A stretch of DNA of 64,000 bases from Macrostomum lignano (GCA_002269645.1 NIVC01001069.1:1-64000); one strand, 5' to 3'; shown: positions 21,811 through 36,860, counted from the stretch's first letter. Program-made: numbers and translations. Notes: generated by a model from the sequence alone, not told the origin.

Positions 21811-22312
21811 ATCAAACAATTTTTCTATTTCGCACTCAGAAGCCGAATTACGAATTAGCGAGATTTCCCACAGGTTTTGTTTAATATAAACATTGTCTGT
21901 AGTACTTGTAAATAATACGAGCGTATCTATTTTCATAGTAACTATAGCAAGTCATTTGGACAGTTTTTGTTTGATTTTTAAATTAGCTTTGCAATCAAAT
22001 TAAGGAAAAACTTTTATTTTTGAGTGAAAACTTTTCTTCATTAAGTTTTTGCAAAGTTTCTGCTGTTGGCTTCGGCTTCCTTGTTGTTTTTGTATTTTGT
22101 ATTAACTAACTGCCTTCTTTCAAGCTTTTGATTATACAGCAAATTTATCCACGACTGAGTTGGCAAGTGTTGCTTGAGTCGGAGAGATAATACATTTATT
22201 TGCCTGACAACTTACACAAATAGAAACTATACTACACCTTACTATTGAGCCATTCTTGTTCTTGTTACAATCTCAGTGCATGGTCGGTTCAGATCTTGAA
22301 AGCTGGGTCTGA

Positions 22313-23300
22313 AGATGAGCAATGAGTTCTGGATTGAGAATCGGAATCTCCCTTCTAAAGATGAGCATTGAGTTGTGGATTGAGAATCGGAATCTCCTAA
22401 AGATGAGCATTGAGTTGTGGATTGAGAATCGGAATCTCCTAAAGATGAGCATTGAGTTGTGGATTGAGAATTGGAATCTCCTAAAGATGAGCATTGAGTT
22501 GTGGATTGAGAATCGGAATTTCCCTTCTAAAGATGAGCATTGAGTTGTGGATTGAGAATCGGAATTTCCCTTCTAAAGATGAGCATTGAGTTGTGGATTG
22601 AGAATCGGAATCTCCCTTCTAAAGATGAGCATTGAGTTGTGGATTGAGAATCGGAATCTCCCTTCTAAAGATGAGCATTGAGTTCTGGATTGAGAATCGG
22701 AATCTCCCTTCTAAAGATGAGCAATGAGTTCTGGATTGAGAATCGGAATCTCCCTTCTAAAGATGAGCATTGAGTTATGGATTGAGAATTGGAATCTCCC
22801 TTCTAAAGATGAGCATTGAGTTATGGATTGAGAATCGGAATCTCCCTTCTAAAGATGAGCATTGAGTTCTGGATTGAGAATTGGAATCTCCCTTCTAAAG
22901 ATGAGTATTGAGTTGTGGATTGAGAATCGGAATCTCCCTTCTAAAGATGAGCATTGAGTTCTGGATTGAGAATCGGAATCTCCCTTCTAAAGATGAGCAT
23001 TGAGTTCTGGATTGAGAATCGGAATCTCCTAAAGATGAGCATTGAGTTGTGGATTGAGAATCGGAATTTCCCTTCTAAAGATGAGCATTGAGTTCTGGAT
23101 TGAGAATTGGAATCTCCCTTCTAAAGATGAGTATTGAGTTGTGGATTGAGAATCGGAATCTCCCTTCTAAAGATGAGCATTGAGTTGTGGATTGAGAATC
23201 GGAATCTCCCTTCTAAAGATGAGCATTGAGTTCTGGATTGAGAATCGGAATCTCCTAAAGATGAGCACTGAGTTGTGGATTAAGAATCGGAATCTCCCTT
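22313..23300. repeat. 42/46-bp minisatellite (ctaaagatgagcattgagttgtggattgagaatcggaatctc[cctt])
   Basis: Direct tandem copies in two length variants. Confidence 0.96.
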
Positions 23301-24890
23301 TTTATCAAAACTGCAGGAGTAATCTGATGAAATAGGGCTATTGTGTATTGTACGTTGATTGATATGCTATTTTCAATTGATAGAGAATAAATTTAGTATT
23401 GTGCGGGCTAGGAAAAAAGCGATTTGGTAACTCTCCGCTGGACGAATGCGTTCACGCACGCTGCTGCAAGTAGCTGACACTAACAAGTAGCGGTTCGACA
23501 GCGAAGAAAGATTTGATGGAGACTGGGCTAGGCTAAATTTGCAGCTATTTGGTCAGCGAAAGCATTCCAGCTATGCTGCCATCCATCTTCAGTGCACGCC
23601 TGCTAGGCTTTAGGCACTTCGGCTGCTATGCCGTTCTGCATGGTCGGGGCGCACGACTTCGGGCCTGTAAGCTGCAGTCTAACTTGACCCCGGCTGACCC
23701 ACAAGGCCCAAGCCTTTCGCCGACTTTGGGCATAAACAGCTACTCCCCCCTTTCAAGCAGATGCGCAGTTTAGCGTCCGATTCCTTGCGCCGAATGCCGG
23801 ATATAATACCTGGGGGAGGGGCCCATTACGCACCGGCTGGTGTAATTGTTGGCCTGCTTGGGGAAATAAGGAGAACGGAACAGCGGAAGAAAGAACATGA
23901 CGAACCGTCGGCAACAAATTCGTCTCTGTACAGATTTTTCTCGCACTTTCAAGTTTCCTCCGAAATTGCTGCAACGTTTTTTGCCTCTGGTCTGGCTCTT
24001 CCATATCTGAAAATTCTGACCAATTCTTTTAGTAAGCATTTTAATCTTAACGGTTTTACCCATTGGCAATTTAAGTTGAGGGTCGACCGCTACACTTGCG
24101 AATCGTGAAACTTTGTTGTTTTTCGCTGCAAAATGCATTAGCAAGATTCCTACTAATATGGGAAACCTTTAAGACCTTCAGCATGATGAGAAGCTTTAAA
24201 ATAAGGAGTCATTCTGTTAGTGATTTTCATAAGACAGTCAAATATGCATACACAAACAAATAGCTTGATTGATTTTGCGCAATTCAAACGAGAAATCTTT
24301 AAGGTCTGTACTTACAGTTTGTTTTGGCCTTTATCGGGACTCTAAAATGATTTTATCAAACAGAATAAATCATAATAGTTGTTCTAGCCAAAGGCAACTC
24401 CTCCCTTTGAGGCTGCAATCTTCAGCGCAATCCTGTTTGTGGTAGGTCCTCAGCACAGGCGGGAGCAGAAAAAGGATAAACAAAAGAAACAAAAACGACA
24501 GAGGCGATCTGCATGGGCTGGACGGGGAGAGAAATTCGATCCTGAAAAAAGAGGAAAATGCCCATTCCCGCTTCCCCTATCCGATGGCTTACGGTTGCAG
24601 AGCAATTATCTGTGGCCTTGACGCCACCAAGGCCTGCAGAGTCCTGTCAGGAATTCCACCCTTGTTTAACACGTCATGATTGACGCTTTTGGAAGACCGT
24701 ATTCCTAGCAACAGTACCTATACGTCTTAAGTGCACCTATGTTGCTGCGAAAGCACTAATTTTGCTTGTTAAGTACCAACCCCTGTAATGCTTGAAACCT
24801 TTTACTCTAGAAAGTTTTAGGTGTTGTTTGCCCTTTAGCGGTGTTGTCTTTGTGGTCGTCGACAATAAACTTATGAACAGGTTTTAGCTA

Positions 24891-25170
24891 TAATTAATAA
24901 TAATAATTGATTACACCCGCTATCGCGCGGCGCATCTGAAGGCTGCGTACGGCTGTTCAGTCCAATGACTGGGGGGTCGCCACACACACCCTCAATTACC
25001 CCAGCTAATGCTGGCACCCACCCATTTTACAGCTGGGTGAACTGAAGCAATGCAGAGTTAAGTGTCTTGCTCAAGGACACAAATTGTTCCGAGTGGGTCG
25101 AGAATCGAACCTCCGACCTTTCAGTCGTGAATCCGACTCATATCTCATATCCAACCTAGCATGGTAACTT
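24891..25170 (-). mobile_element. tRNA-derived CORE-type (MIR-like) SINE
   Basis: Minus strand: B-box GGTTCGATTC (25111-25102), then GTGTCCTTGAGCAAGACACTTAACTCTGCATTGCTTCAGTTCACCCAGCTGTAAAATGGG (matches the MIR/CORE central domain), ending in an (ATT)n tail. 5' boundary approximate. Confidence 0.8.
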
Positions 25171-26820
25171 CCGGCGGCCGGATGGCCAGCAACACTGACA
25201 CACCATCAGTTCATGAACATGGGCCTGTTCTGCTAAAATTTCTGCCGAATTTGTCTATGACAAAATCCGAATCAGCGCTGTGCAGTATGAGATAGTTTTC
25301 AAAATTTTTCCTCAACAAACTTGCGACTGCACCTTGAAGGAAACGCACACTTGCTTAACACGGAATTCAGATGTCCAGAAGTGGAGATAGTCAGAATTTG
25401 GCGCTCTATCTTAGGCTACAGCGGGAATAAAGTTTTAAATTTATAGCACAGTATTGCTTATCACCCACAGACACTTTTCTTTCATCTTTTCGGTAAGCAC
25501 TAACAAGACTCTTGTATCAAACCTTTGGCCAAGCTCATGATTCAATCCTGACTCCGTTGAATTAGTATTTTTTGGACCTGTCTGCTTGGTCTCATCAAAG
25601 CCTGTAATCAGAGCTGCACAGCTCAGGCCCCTATCTGTTGAGCTTCTACACTTCCTGTGAGACTGTCGAGACTGTCGACTCCATCAAAGGGAAGAAATTG
25701 CGTTGTGTAGAGGCAGTAGTGGCATGGTAGCACACATATGATGAAGTGGAGGCTTTGATCTTGTAGGCCTACTGGTTATGTATAAAAAGTCGCTTGATGA
25801 ATACCTCGATAACCTTCACTATGCATAGATGTGCTGCTTGTAGTGTTCTCCGAGAGACGTACTGGTATGTCCTAGTGATGAGTCGAAAAAGTCAACCAAT
25901 TAATCCTAATGACCACATATGTGAGCTTTTTACTACTTTCTAATCTAACTATTAGTGCTTTTCCCAGCGAAGCAGATTCACAGTTAAAATTAATTTCAGA
26001 AGAATCTAGTATAAAACCGAATATTAATGTCGACGACGCGACCCTCTGTCGTCATCGCGCCCTGTCCCGTCCAAGCGACCTGTTGCGCCGGCGGGGACTC
26101 CAGCCGGCAGGTCACTTCATCCTGCTGCTGACGTGGCCACAGAACTTATACAGAATGCTCAGTCAGCGTTTTTTTAGAATAAAACTGAGTAGAAATAGAT
26201 GCGCGCTCACACTACTTTGTCGATGAAGAGGAATGAGTAGCCATAGACTATAGCTGTGACTTGCGTTAAAACTGCTATGCGATTGTCGATTTTGCAGTAC
26301 AAAAGGCACTAACTCAAGGTATCATATCTTTTTATGTATCATACTGTTTTAAATGGTTTAAATGTACGTTTTTATTCAAATGATGCAAGTATACATGCTC
26401 ATAAAAGGAAAACATACTTTGATAAAGTCCGTCATAAGAACAATGTAGGCAATGCAATACAAGAATTATTCATTGTTTAGCAATTTGACGATCATTATTC
26501 ACATTTTTAATGCAGAACAATCCACTACTACAAACAATGCATTGTCTGTAGGATCGTCAAACAGAAAAACAATGCAAAGAATCAGCGGTCGCAGCACGTG
26601 ACAACGATTTGTCTATGGCTCGCGCCTACCGGCGCTCGCCAGACAATCGTTATCACGCACTGGGACCGCTGATTATTTATCCATTATTCCGGTTTTCTTT
26701 TAGCAGGCGAACCAAAGTTGCTCTTGGGACGGGTTTCCTTCCCTTTGGCTAATCATCCCGCTCACTTGCAGTCTCGGCAAAACCAGAAACATCGTTTTCG
26801 TTTTGTACTTTACCACTTAC

Positions 26821-27088
26821 GCGAGTTTGATGCAGAGATGCTGGAGAATCAGTTCTCTGCTTTGGAGGCGGCCGATGTATTTGCTTTGTTACGGCTTGCT
26901 TGTAGAGCTTTAGCGTAGAAATTGCATTCCAAGCAAGTTGACTGTGAGCCTCGTGACGATTTTTCGGACACATGTACATGTGGTCCTCGAAGTCATGACT
27001 GCATACAACAGCATTCGCCCATTTGTGCTCGAACAGCTTCTTGCCTATAAGGTCAGCTCGGAATATCCGGCGAGCCCAATCTTCACAC
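26821..27088 (-). CDS. THAP zinc-finger, exon 2
   Basis: Acceptor cattacAG|G; CEDWARRIFRADL...NAVVCSHDFEDHMYM...LAWNAISTLKL...; donor CGC|GTAAGT. Contains the THAP W, C..(H)F and A(V/I)P/ST-like box. Confidence 0.82.
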
Positions 27089-27193
27089 CTGTAATGTTAA
27101 TTATATCAGTCGCAGTTGCTAAATGTAGATAAAGGTACGAAGGCTTCTACAGAAAGAATGACGAAGTTGGTCATTTCGCAATCTGCAACTCAC

Positions 27194-27303
27194 CGATCAC
27201 GGTCTGATGGAAACCTGTGGAATCGTGTTCCAGGTGGACATTCAAAAGCGTAGTTTGGGCAGCCGTAGGCTGCGCACTGTGTCCGTGATTTTGCAGATGG
27301 CAT
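27194..27303 (-). CDS. THAP zinc-finger, exon 1 (P-element transposase N-terminus)
   Basis: MPSAKSRTQCAAYGCPNYAFECPPGTRFHRFPSDRDR; donor CG|GTGAGT, phase 2. Confidence 0.85.
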
Positions 27304-27750
27304 AAAGCAATTAGCTTCTCAGCATTTTGCTTAGCAAAAATTCTTCTTCCTCTCTTAATACTCAAAACCACGCAGTCCAAAGCACAGATTTTGTATTATC
27401 TAGACGGGTAACTTTGTTTAGACTCTCGCAACATACTAAGCCTTCGCCTCATAGGCGCTCGCGGAAACCCCGAGGTTTTAGCCATAGACAAACCTATGGC
27501 TACTCATTCCTCTTCATTGACAAAGTAGTGTGAGCGCGCATCTATTTCTACTCAGTTCTATTCTAAAAAAACGCTGACTGAGCATTCTGTGTAAGTTCTG
27601 TGGACGTGGCCTTAACCATCAAGGTCTGGCAAAGTCTACGTTCGCGCCCAAGCCCTGTGACGCTGTTCTCATTCTGAGACTTCCTACAGCGTATCTTGTG
27701 GCGGTTTTATATCTAAACTAGATTCTAACAGAACTTTGTGATTTACTTAC

Positions 27751-28115
27751 CGGACTCGGCTGCAGGGGGTTCCGGCATCGGGATACAGCGAGCCCTAGCG
27801 ACCGCGGGCAGATGATGTCGCGTAGGGAGATCCGGTGGTGCCGGCGTCCGCAACGCGGTCCTCCTCCAGAGAGGGAGCGGACGAGCTGGCAGAGATTCTC
27901 GGGCCTGAAAATGTCTGAAGGGTCCAAGTTTCCCCCCAACTGGGTGAGCCTGTCCTGAGTAAATTAGGTCCTGAGTAGAGACATCGATGAAGTGCTCCGC
28001 ATTCTCAACACCGAAGCGGCAGAATTTTATTCCCTGGAGGTAGCGATGCCTTACAATAGGACCCAAGTTTTTTGCATTTGTAAAGCGCATCAGATCAACA
28101 GACTTTCTTTGCACC
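27751..28115 (-). CDS. Putative internal exon of an unidentified host gene
   Basis: 365-nt open frame bounded by ttatcttgctAG and G|GTAAGT; VQRKSVDLMRFTNAKNLGPIVRHRYLQGIKFCRFG...; no domain recognised. Confidence 0.4.
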
Positions 28116-28470
28116 CTAGCAAGATAATGCAGCCACCCACGTAGTTATCGTACAAATATACACACACCTGACCATCTGTTGATTTCACCTCTATATCAAT
28201 CGCTCATATCGCATGTATACCGCGATCTTATCGAGCTGTTCTTATTTAGTCTGTGCACCAAAGCTGTCCCGTTAAGCCACGCCAGGTGCAGGGAAAAGGA
28301 GAGAAGAAGAGCACCTGTCAATCACACTGGCGCCCCGCCTATGATATCAGAGAGTCATCCCAGCAGCTAGAAGCTACTGTACAGTATAGCGAGCGATTCA
28401 GGTGGCTAAAAAGATGGCGACGGCCTTATCTTTGTCTCTCTCTCTTTCTCGCTCTCTTTTTAAGGGCGGA

Positions 28471-28474
<4 letters not shown>

Positions 28475-28527
<53 letters not shown>
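28475..28527. repeat. (CA)n microsatellite
   Basis: Visible. Confidence 0.95.
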
Positions 28528-28529
<2 letters not shown>

Positions 28530-28844
28530 GGTTCCGGCTTCATCGAGCCCGCAGTCGACCAACGATAGTCCCTAATACTCGCAATAATGTGAATGTCACT
28601 AGTACGTTCGTTAAATACCCAAGGTGTCAGTCATGTGTGCTTGGGGCTGAAGAGTAAAGGAATCGCATAAATTTCAAGTGGAGGATGTACAAATTTAATG
28701 CTTGAGAACTGAATAAATAGCTAAAAAAGGAATACACAAAGATCCTAACAGAATCAGTAACAAAAAAATTGAAACCCTGAAAGCAGTTTACAAAGCGCGA
28801 AAACAGAGGGAGATTAAAGAGAAAAATCTGAATAATTGAGAGAG

Positions 28845-29140
28845 ACACAGAAGCGGGTAGAGTCACAGAGACGCGAGGAGAGTCACAGAGACGCATGGAA
28901 AGAGTCACAGAGATGCGGGGAGAGTCACAGAGACGCGGGGAGAGTCACAGAGACGCGGGGAGAGAGTCACAGAGACGCGAGGAGAGTCACAGAGACACGA
29001 GGAGAGTCACAGAGATGCGAGGAGAGTCACAGAGACACGAGGAGAGTCACAGAGACGCGAGGAGAGTCACAGAGACGCGAGGAGAGTCACAGAGACGCGA
29101 GGAGAGTCACAGAGACGCCGGGGAGAGTCACAGAGACGCG
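28845..29140. repeat. 20-bp minisatellite (ggagagtcacagagacgcga)
   Basis: Tandem copies. Confidence 0.93.
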
Positions 29141-30780
29141 AGGGGAGACAACGACAGAGCAGGCACATGGCAGCAGACGTAGGAAGGAATGCGTGCGGCG
29201 TGTACCCCACTCTGACCTCGGATTGGGTCGCCCAGGGACACGCACGCCACGCCCGCCCCTCTAGTCACCGCATGGGGGAGTGAAACACCAAATAGAAAGC
29301 GGGCCCTCTGCACTCCGCAGTTTCCGCGGAGGCAGCTCCGTCTGCGCCATCCCAGCAGCCAACCGGCAGAACTGCAGCAGCTCCCCAACCCCTGCACATC
29401 CGCAGTTCTCGAGCGCCCACGCAATTCGCCTCGGGCCGGACGGCCTCGTATAAATCGGCGTCTCTTTCATAGGCTGGTAGCTTCCTAAAGCCTAATTCGT
29501 GTTTTAAACCTACCTGGCGATCAAGCCTTTTGAAAGTTATTTCTTGTCCAATGGTTTTGAGGATCAATCGAGGTGAGTACACAAGTATTGTAGGCAGCTG
29601 GTTATAGGAAAGTTCAACTTTTTATCATCTCTCATCCCAAAACCCAGTTCCAAAAAGAAGAAATTACCGCGAGGAGCTGGAGGGGCACCATTTTCGGACA
29701 GAGCTTTAGTAGGCAAAAAGACGAGAAGAAACATGGAAGCTTTCTACAAGTTTATAAATGTTTACAAGAAAAGAGACGGTGCATGGATGCATCTAGATAA
29801 GCCAGTTTTTTCAGCTTCTATTTATTATTTGCAAACTAAATTCCATAAGCAGTTTGAAGAGAGCCGCCGCCTTAATCATGCTGAACAGAGAGAGGAAGTG
29901 AGGCTAAGGCCGATCGTTCACGCTGCCCACTAGGCTTGCATCCAGGCAATTTCCAGGAATGCGCACTGACACCACGCTTAGCGGTATCCTGTGCATCCGC
30001 CGGAGTGGGCAGAGGGAGAGAGAGAGGAGACACACAAAATGCGGCAGCTGGGATGCGAAATTCGCCAGAAAAATATATTTGGGGGTTTTGCCGGACTGCG
30101 AATGCTTATGATAAACAGAGCCATACATTGGCCATCGCTTAAACCCAATTTTGCTGCTGCAATTCCGCATTCCGAATGTTTCTCTCCTAGTTGCTAGCGG
30201 CAATTAATTTGAATTCAACCTCAATGCGGACGACAAGCAATAAATTGTTTATTAGAAGGAAAAATAGCGTATTTCTGTTGGTTATAATACTGTAGATGGG
30301 TAAAATCATTGTATATAGTTTATTAGCGTAAAAATGCGCATATTCTTACCCCTAAGACTTTACACCTGCCTTTATATCAAGTTTTAAGATTCCGTTTTTT
30401 ATACAAATAAAATACCTCTTCGCCTGTAACAACTTGGGTTGCTCCTACACCTGTACTCCTACTGACGGAAGGTGACACTGTGCCGTTTTGTAATAAGGTG
30501 GTCGGGATTAAGTTACTTTTGAGCTTGCTCCAGTGTTCATTGAGCCCGATTCATCAACTCACTCGTCATTCCTACGTGGCGAAGCCACGTTTCTACAGCG
30601 ACTAGAATTTCTTCATAGTTTTCCATATGTCTACATCTTTGATGACGGCTAATTCGCTAAAAGTACATTTGGCTTGACTTTATCAAGTCCGTACTAATGT
30701 TCTTAACTTGGCTGATTGTCAATTGGAGCTTATTTTGCTTCTCATTGCTGTGGCTTAGTTATAAATTAGTTTTTTTATAT

Positions 30781-30921
30781 CCCGGATGTACAGTTCTCTA
30801 TCCCGGATGTACAGTTCTCTATCCCGGATGTACAGTTCTCTATCCCGGATAGACAATTCTCTACCCCGGATGTACAGTTCTCTAACCCCGGATGGACAAT
30901 TCTCTACCCCGGATGTACAGT
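30781..30921. repeat. 21-bp minisatellite (cccggatgtacagttctctat), ~6-7 copies
   Basis: Tandem copies. Confidence 0.92.
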
Positions 30922-31627
30922 TCTGCACGTACTATCAATGTAGTTCTTTTAGTTCTTTGCGTACTCTGAATGTACACTATATAGTTCTCCATCCCGAACG
31001 TAAAGCGCTCAGTTTTTCATCCTGTTTAAAACAATGCGTCACTCTCAACTCTATCAAATTAGAAAAAGCCATTTTCAGCCTCATTCCTGAAATCAGCATC
31101 AAAGCAGGAACCATGCGGCATACAGTTTTAATATTCACTAAATCGGTTTCGGATGACTGCGTTTCCACACGCGTTGATTTTCGCTTTTAATCAGATTGTA
31201 TCGCAGCAAAACCCTCTGCCTCATCGTCCCTGCAGTTGGCATTGATTCCCTATCAGCGGTGTAGCTGGTTTGAAGGAAATCGAGGAGAGACATTGTAGCT
31301 AACAGTGATCTCAAAAAAGCGGGGCGCATGATCGGTCACCCAGACAGAACGCGGAACCCACGCGAGCATGCTGGCTGCACAGGCAGAGAGAGAGAAATCG
31401 ACAAAAGGGGCAGTGGCAATATAAATATAAAAATTGTTGCTTTCTGATCGATACAGCTAGGGAGACACAGAGCCAGAACCCGGAGTGCTGAATCTTTGAC
31501 TCAAAATCGGTGTAGAATCAGAAAAAAACTTAGATCGGGACTAGCTCATAAGTATTGGTCGGATTGCTTAGAATGTAAATGATCTTTCTCTGAGACTAAG
31601 CAGAATCTTTTTAGGCTGGAAAGTTGT

Positions 31628-32262
31628 AGCCAGGTTCTGGTTCCATGCAGATCTCCATGATCTTGTCAAGCCAGGTTCTGGTTCTATATCTCCGTGATGT
31701 AGTCGATCCAGGTTCTGATTCCAGATCTCCATGATCTAGTCAAGCTAGGTTCTTGTTCCAAATCTCCATGATGTAGTCGAGCCAGGTTTTTGTTCCAGAT
31801 CTCCATGATATAGTCGAGCCAGGTTCTGGTTCTAGATCTCCATGATCTAGTCGAGCCAGGTTCTGGTTCCAGATCTCCATGATCTAGTCAAGCTAGGTTC
31901 TGGTTCCAGATCTCCATGATCTAGTCGAGCCAGGTTCTGGTTTCAGATCTCCATGATATAGTCGAGCCAGGTTCTGGTTCTAGATCTCCATGATCTAGTC
32001 AAGCTAGGTTCCTGTTCCAGATCTCCATGATCTAGTCGAGCCAGGTTCTGGTTTCAGATCTCCATGATATAGTCGAGCCAGGTTCTGGTTCTAGATCTCC
32101 ATGATCTAGTCAAGCTAGGTTCCTGTTCCAGATCTCCATGGTATAGTCGAGCCAGGTTCTTGTTCCAGATCTCCATGATGTAGTCGAGCCAGGTTCTTGT
32201 TCCAGATCTCCATGATGTAGTCGAGCCAGGTTCTTGTTCCAGATCTCCATGATGTAGTCGAG
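31628..32262. repeat. 37-bp minisatellite (gccaggttctggttccagatctccatgatctagtcga)
   Basis: Tandem copies. Confidence 0.95.
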
Positions 32263-33269
32263 TTAGGGAAATCGAGCTAGATAAAGGTAATGAATTGAGG
32301 AGTCGAGACCGCAAGTCCTTTGTTGCGGCTGCTGTGCCTTTGTAAAATAAGGAGGCAAGCCTTTGAAGCTAAAATATCCATAACCCCTAGAGCCATAACT
32401 CAACGGAAAGGGTGAAGTGGAAAGCTAAGGGACAGAAACAGAACACATGGGAGTCTTCAAACCAGGAAAAATTGCACTTTAGCTCAAGGAGTTCCTAACT
32501 AAGACTGACTGAAACTTTCCTGAGCAGGGAGAAATTTTCCTGTTTTTTCCAATTCCAATTCATTCGAGTCGAGGCAGAAAATCTTCGCGATACATTCGAG
32601 TTCCCAATTGCGTCGTAAAACTAGTGCGATGCGTGCGCTCGATGGCAGCCGCAAATCCCGGGACAGACCGGCAGACCAGACTTGAGCCGGAGCATCTTCT
32701 GTGGGCCCGGCCCTCCCATAGTGAAATAATGGGAAGAAAGAAAGAGAAAGGCTTATCCCGTTAATCCTTAATTAATTTGCTTGACATGCACGAGTAAGAC
32801 GGCCCCCAGGTTCCGAGACCCGTCAGTCTGGGAGGGGATCGAGCCACAATTGTCGGGCACCCCGTCTCTCTCTCTGCCTCTACCTGAATCTCTTCTTCTT
32901 TCCAACGGTCATGTTTTCTCCGTTCAATGTCGTCCTAATCTGTAGCCGACTCAGCTAGGGAGAGACTGCACTTTACCCGCGAAGCTCGGATCCCGGAAGG
33001 TATATCAATGTCTTTCGTTTCAGATGAACTAGAACGGGCTCGCTTTATAGGCTAATGTCAGCATGACATGCCACTGAGAATCAATCAGAAGTCTTTTACA
33101 GAACAGAGCAATCACGACATTCTTTTTCCAACCTAATTAGTCACTAGCCATATTTTTTTCTGCATTAGAGTCTGTCTAGCTACTTAAGACTCTGCTCTTC
33201 AGCATACAAACTCACAAGGTAGACATTGCCTGCGTTTGCCCAAAACCCTTTCCCCTCTTATTTGGTGAA

Positions 33270-34785
<1,516 letters not shown>

Positions 34786-34787
34786 CT

Positions 34788-36030
34788 GTCAGTGGACAAT
34801 ATCGATAGGATTTCAGTGGACAATGTCTATAGGGTATCAGTGGCCAATTTCTATGTGATATCAGTGGACAATGTCCATGGGATATCTTGGCCATCAGTGG
34901 ACAATGTCTATGTGATATCAGTGGCCAATATCGATAGGATATCAGTAGACAATGTCTATAGGATGTCAGTGGACAATGTCTATAGGATATCAGTGACCAA
35001 TGTCTATAGGATGTCAGTGGACAATGTCTATAGGATATCAGTGACCAATGTCTATAGGATGTCAGTGGACAATGTCTATGGGATAGCAGTGGACAATGTC
35101 TATAGGATGTCAGTGGACAATGTCTATGGGATAGCAGTGGACAATGTCTTTAGTATATCAGTGGACAATGTCTATGGGATATCAGTGGACAATGTCTATA
35201 GGATATCAGTGGACAATGTCTATAGGATATCAGTGGCCAATGTCTATAGGATGTCAGTGGACAATGTCTATGGGATAGCAGTAAACAATGTCTATAGGAC
35301 ATCAGTGGACAATGTCTTTAGTATATCAGTGGACAATGTCTAGGGGATATCAGTGGAAACAATGTCTATAGGATATCAGTGAAAACAATGTCTATAGGAT
35401 ATCAGTGGAAACAATGTCTATAGGATATCAGTGGACAATATCTATAGGATATCAGTAGACAATGTCTTTAGTATATCAGTGGACAATGTCTATGGGATAT
35501 CAGTGCACAATGTCTATAGGATATCAGTGGACAATGTCTATGGGATATCAGTAGACAATGTCTTTAGGATATCAGTGAACAATGTCTATGGGATAGCAGT
35601 GGACAATGTCTATAGGATATCAGTGAACAATGTCTATGGGATAGCAGTGGACAATGTCTATAGGATGTCAGTGGACAATGTCTATAGGATATCAGTGGAC
35701 AATATCTATAGGATATCAGTAGACAATGTCTTTAGTATATCAGTGGACAATGTCTAGGGGATATCAGTAGACAATGTCTTTAGGATATCAGTGAACAATG
35801 TCTATGGGATAGCAGTGGACAATGTCTATAGGATATCAGTGGACAATGTCTATAGGATGTCAGTGGACAATGTCTATGGGATATCTGTGGACAATGTCTA
35901 TAGGATATCAGTGGACAATGTCTATAGGATATCAGTGGACAATGTCTATAGGATATCAGTAGAGAATGTCTTAAGTATATCAGTAGACAGTGTCTTTAGG
36001 ATATCAGTGGACAATGTCTATCAGTGGACA
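34788..36030. repeat. 24-bp minisatellite (cagtggacaatgtctataggatat)
   Basis: Tandem copies. Confidence 0.96.
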
Positions 36031-36659
36031 ATATGGAGAAGTTAAAAAGCATTAAATTAAGAAAAAAATAGAAAGAACTTTTTATAGGGCCTAGAATTTA
36101 TTCGGCAGATTTTTCGAATCTCAAATATGCCATTATATAATATAGTACCACCACTGCCTATTGTACCTACTAATTTCAATTAGATTAACTAGAACCAGGG
36201 CTCCCAGCCCGCATAGGACAGGCATCGCGTTGCCTTACACACCAGAGCTGTAATGTATTCATGGGCTCAAATGAGATTGCCGATCAGGCTTAGGGACAGG
36301 GGCAGAGGGAGAGATGAAAAATGCTACGAACGGCCGGCCTGTCTGCAGCAGAAATAAAACGAGAAGCAAGGGGGTCTGACATTGGTGCCTCGGGGCTTGA
36401 GCAGGGAGAGAGGGGGCAGAGAAAGGGGAGAGCGGATGTGTCAAGTCGTGGGGGCGTCCATTAAGCACTGGAGGGAGCGCAGGAGCGTTTTGGCTCATTG
36501 TTGGATCTCCTGCTCTGTGTGTTCCTCCCTTTCGCCAGTCATGGCTGTAAAAGCAGCAGATTTTGAGTGCTTTCTCATTAATCTCCCGGCTCCTTGGGCT
36601 CGTTTTTGTCTAATTCGTCTCTTCCTTAGCGTGAGAATTCCCAGAAAGTCTCTGAAAGC

Positions 36660-36860
36660 CTCATGGAAATCTTACAGTAAGCCACAAAGAAAATCTCAGA
36701 AATATTACGGGAAGTCTCTTAGGAAATCTCAGAAATCTTACGGGAAGTCTCACAGGAAATCTCAGAAATCTTACAGTAAGCCTCACAGGAAATCTCAGAA
36801 ATCTTACGGGAAGTTTCACAGGAAATCCCACGGAAAAATCTACAAGAAATCTCATTGAGA
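36660..36860. repeat. 33-bp degenerate tandem repeat (ggaaatctcagaaatcttacgggaagtctcaca)
   Basis: About 6 imperfect copies. Confidence 0.85.

Larger units (their letters stand above)
26138..27602 (-). mobile_element. Internally deleted P-element-superfamily DNA transposon (1465 bp)
   Basis: 109-bp TIRs (26138-26246 and 27494-27602; 3 mismatches) starting CACAGA; 8-bp TSD gacgtggc (26130-26137, 27603-27610); internal THAP domain; no transposase catalytic region. Confidence 0.9.

Noticed and set aside
23549-24144. Several overlapping 75-125 aa ORFs
   Set aside because: No recognisable domain or consistent splice chain; cannot choose a frame.
27619-27621. In-frame TGA as possible selenocysteine or readthrough
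   Set aside because: No SECIS or redox motif context visible; an ordinary stop or wrong exon model is more likely.
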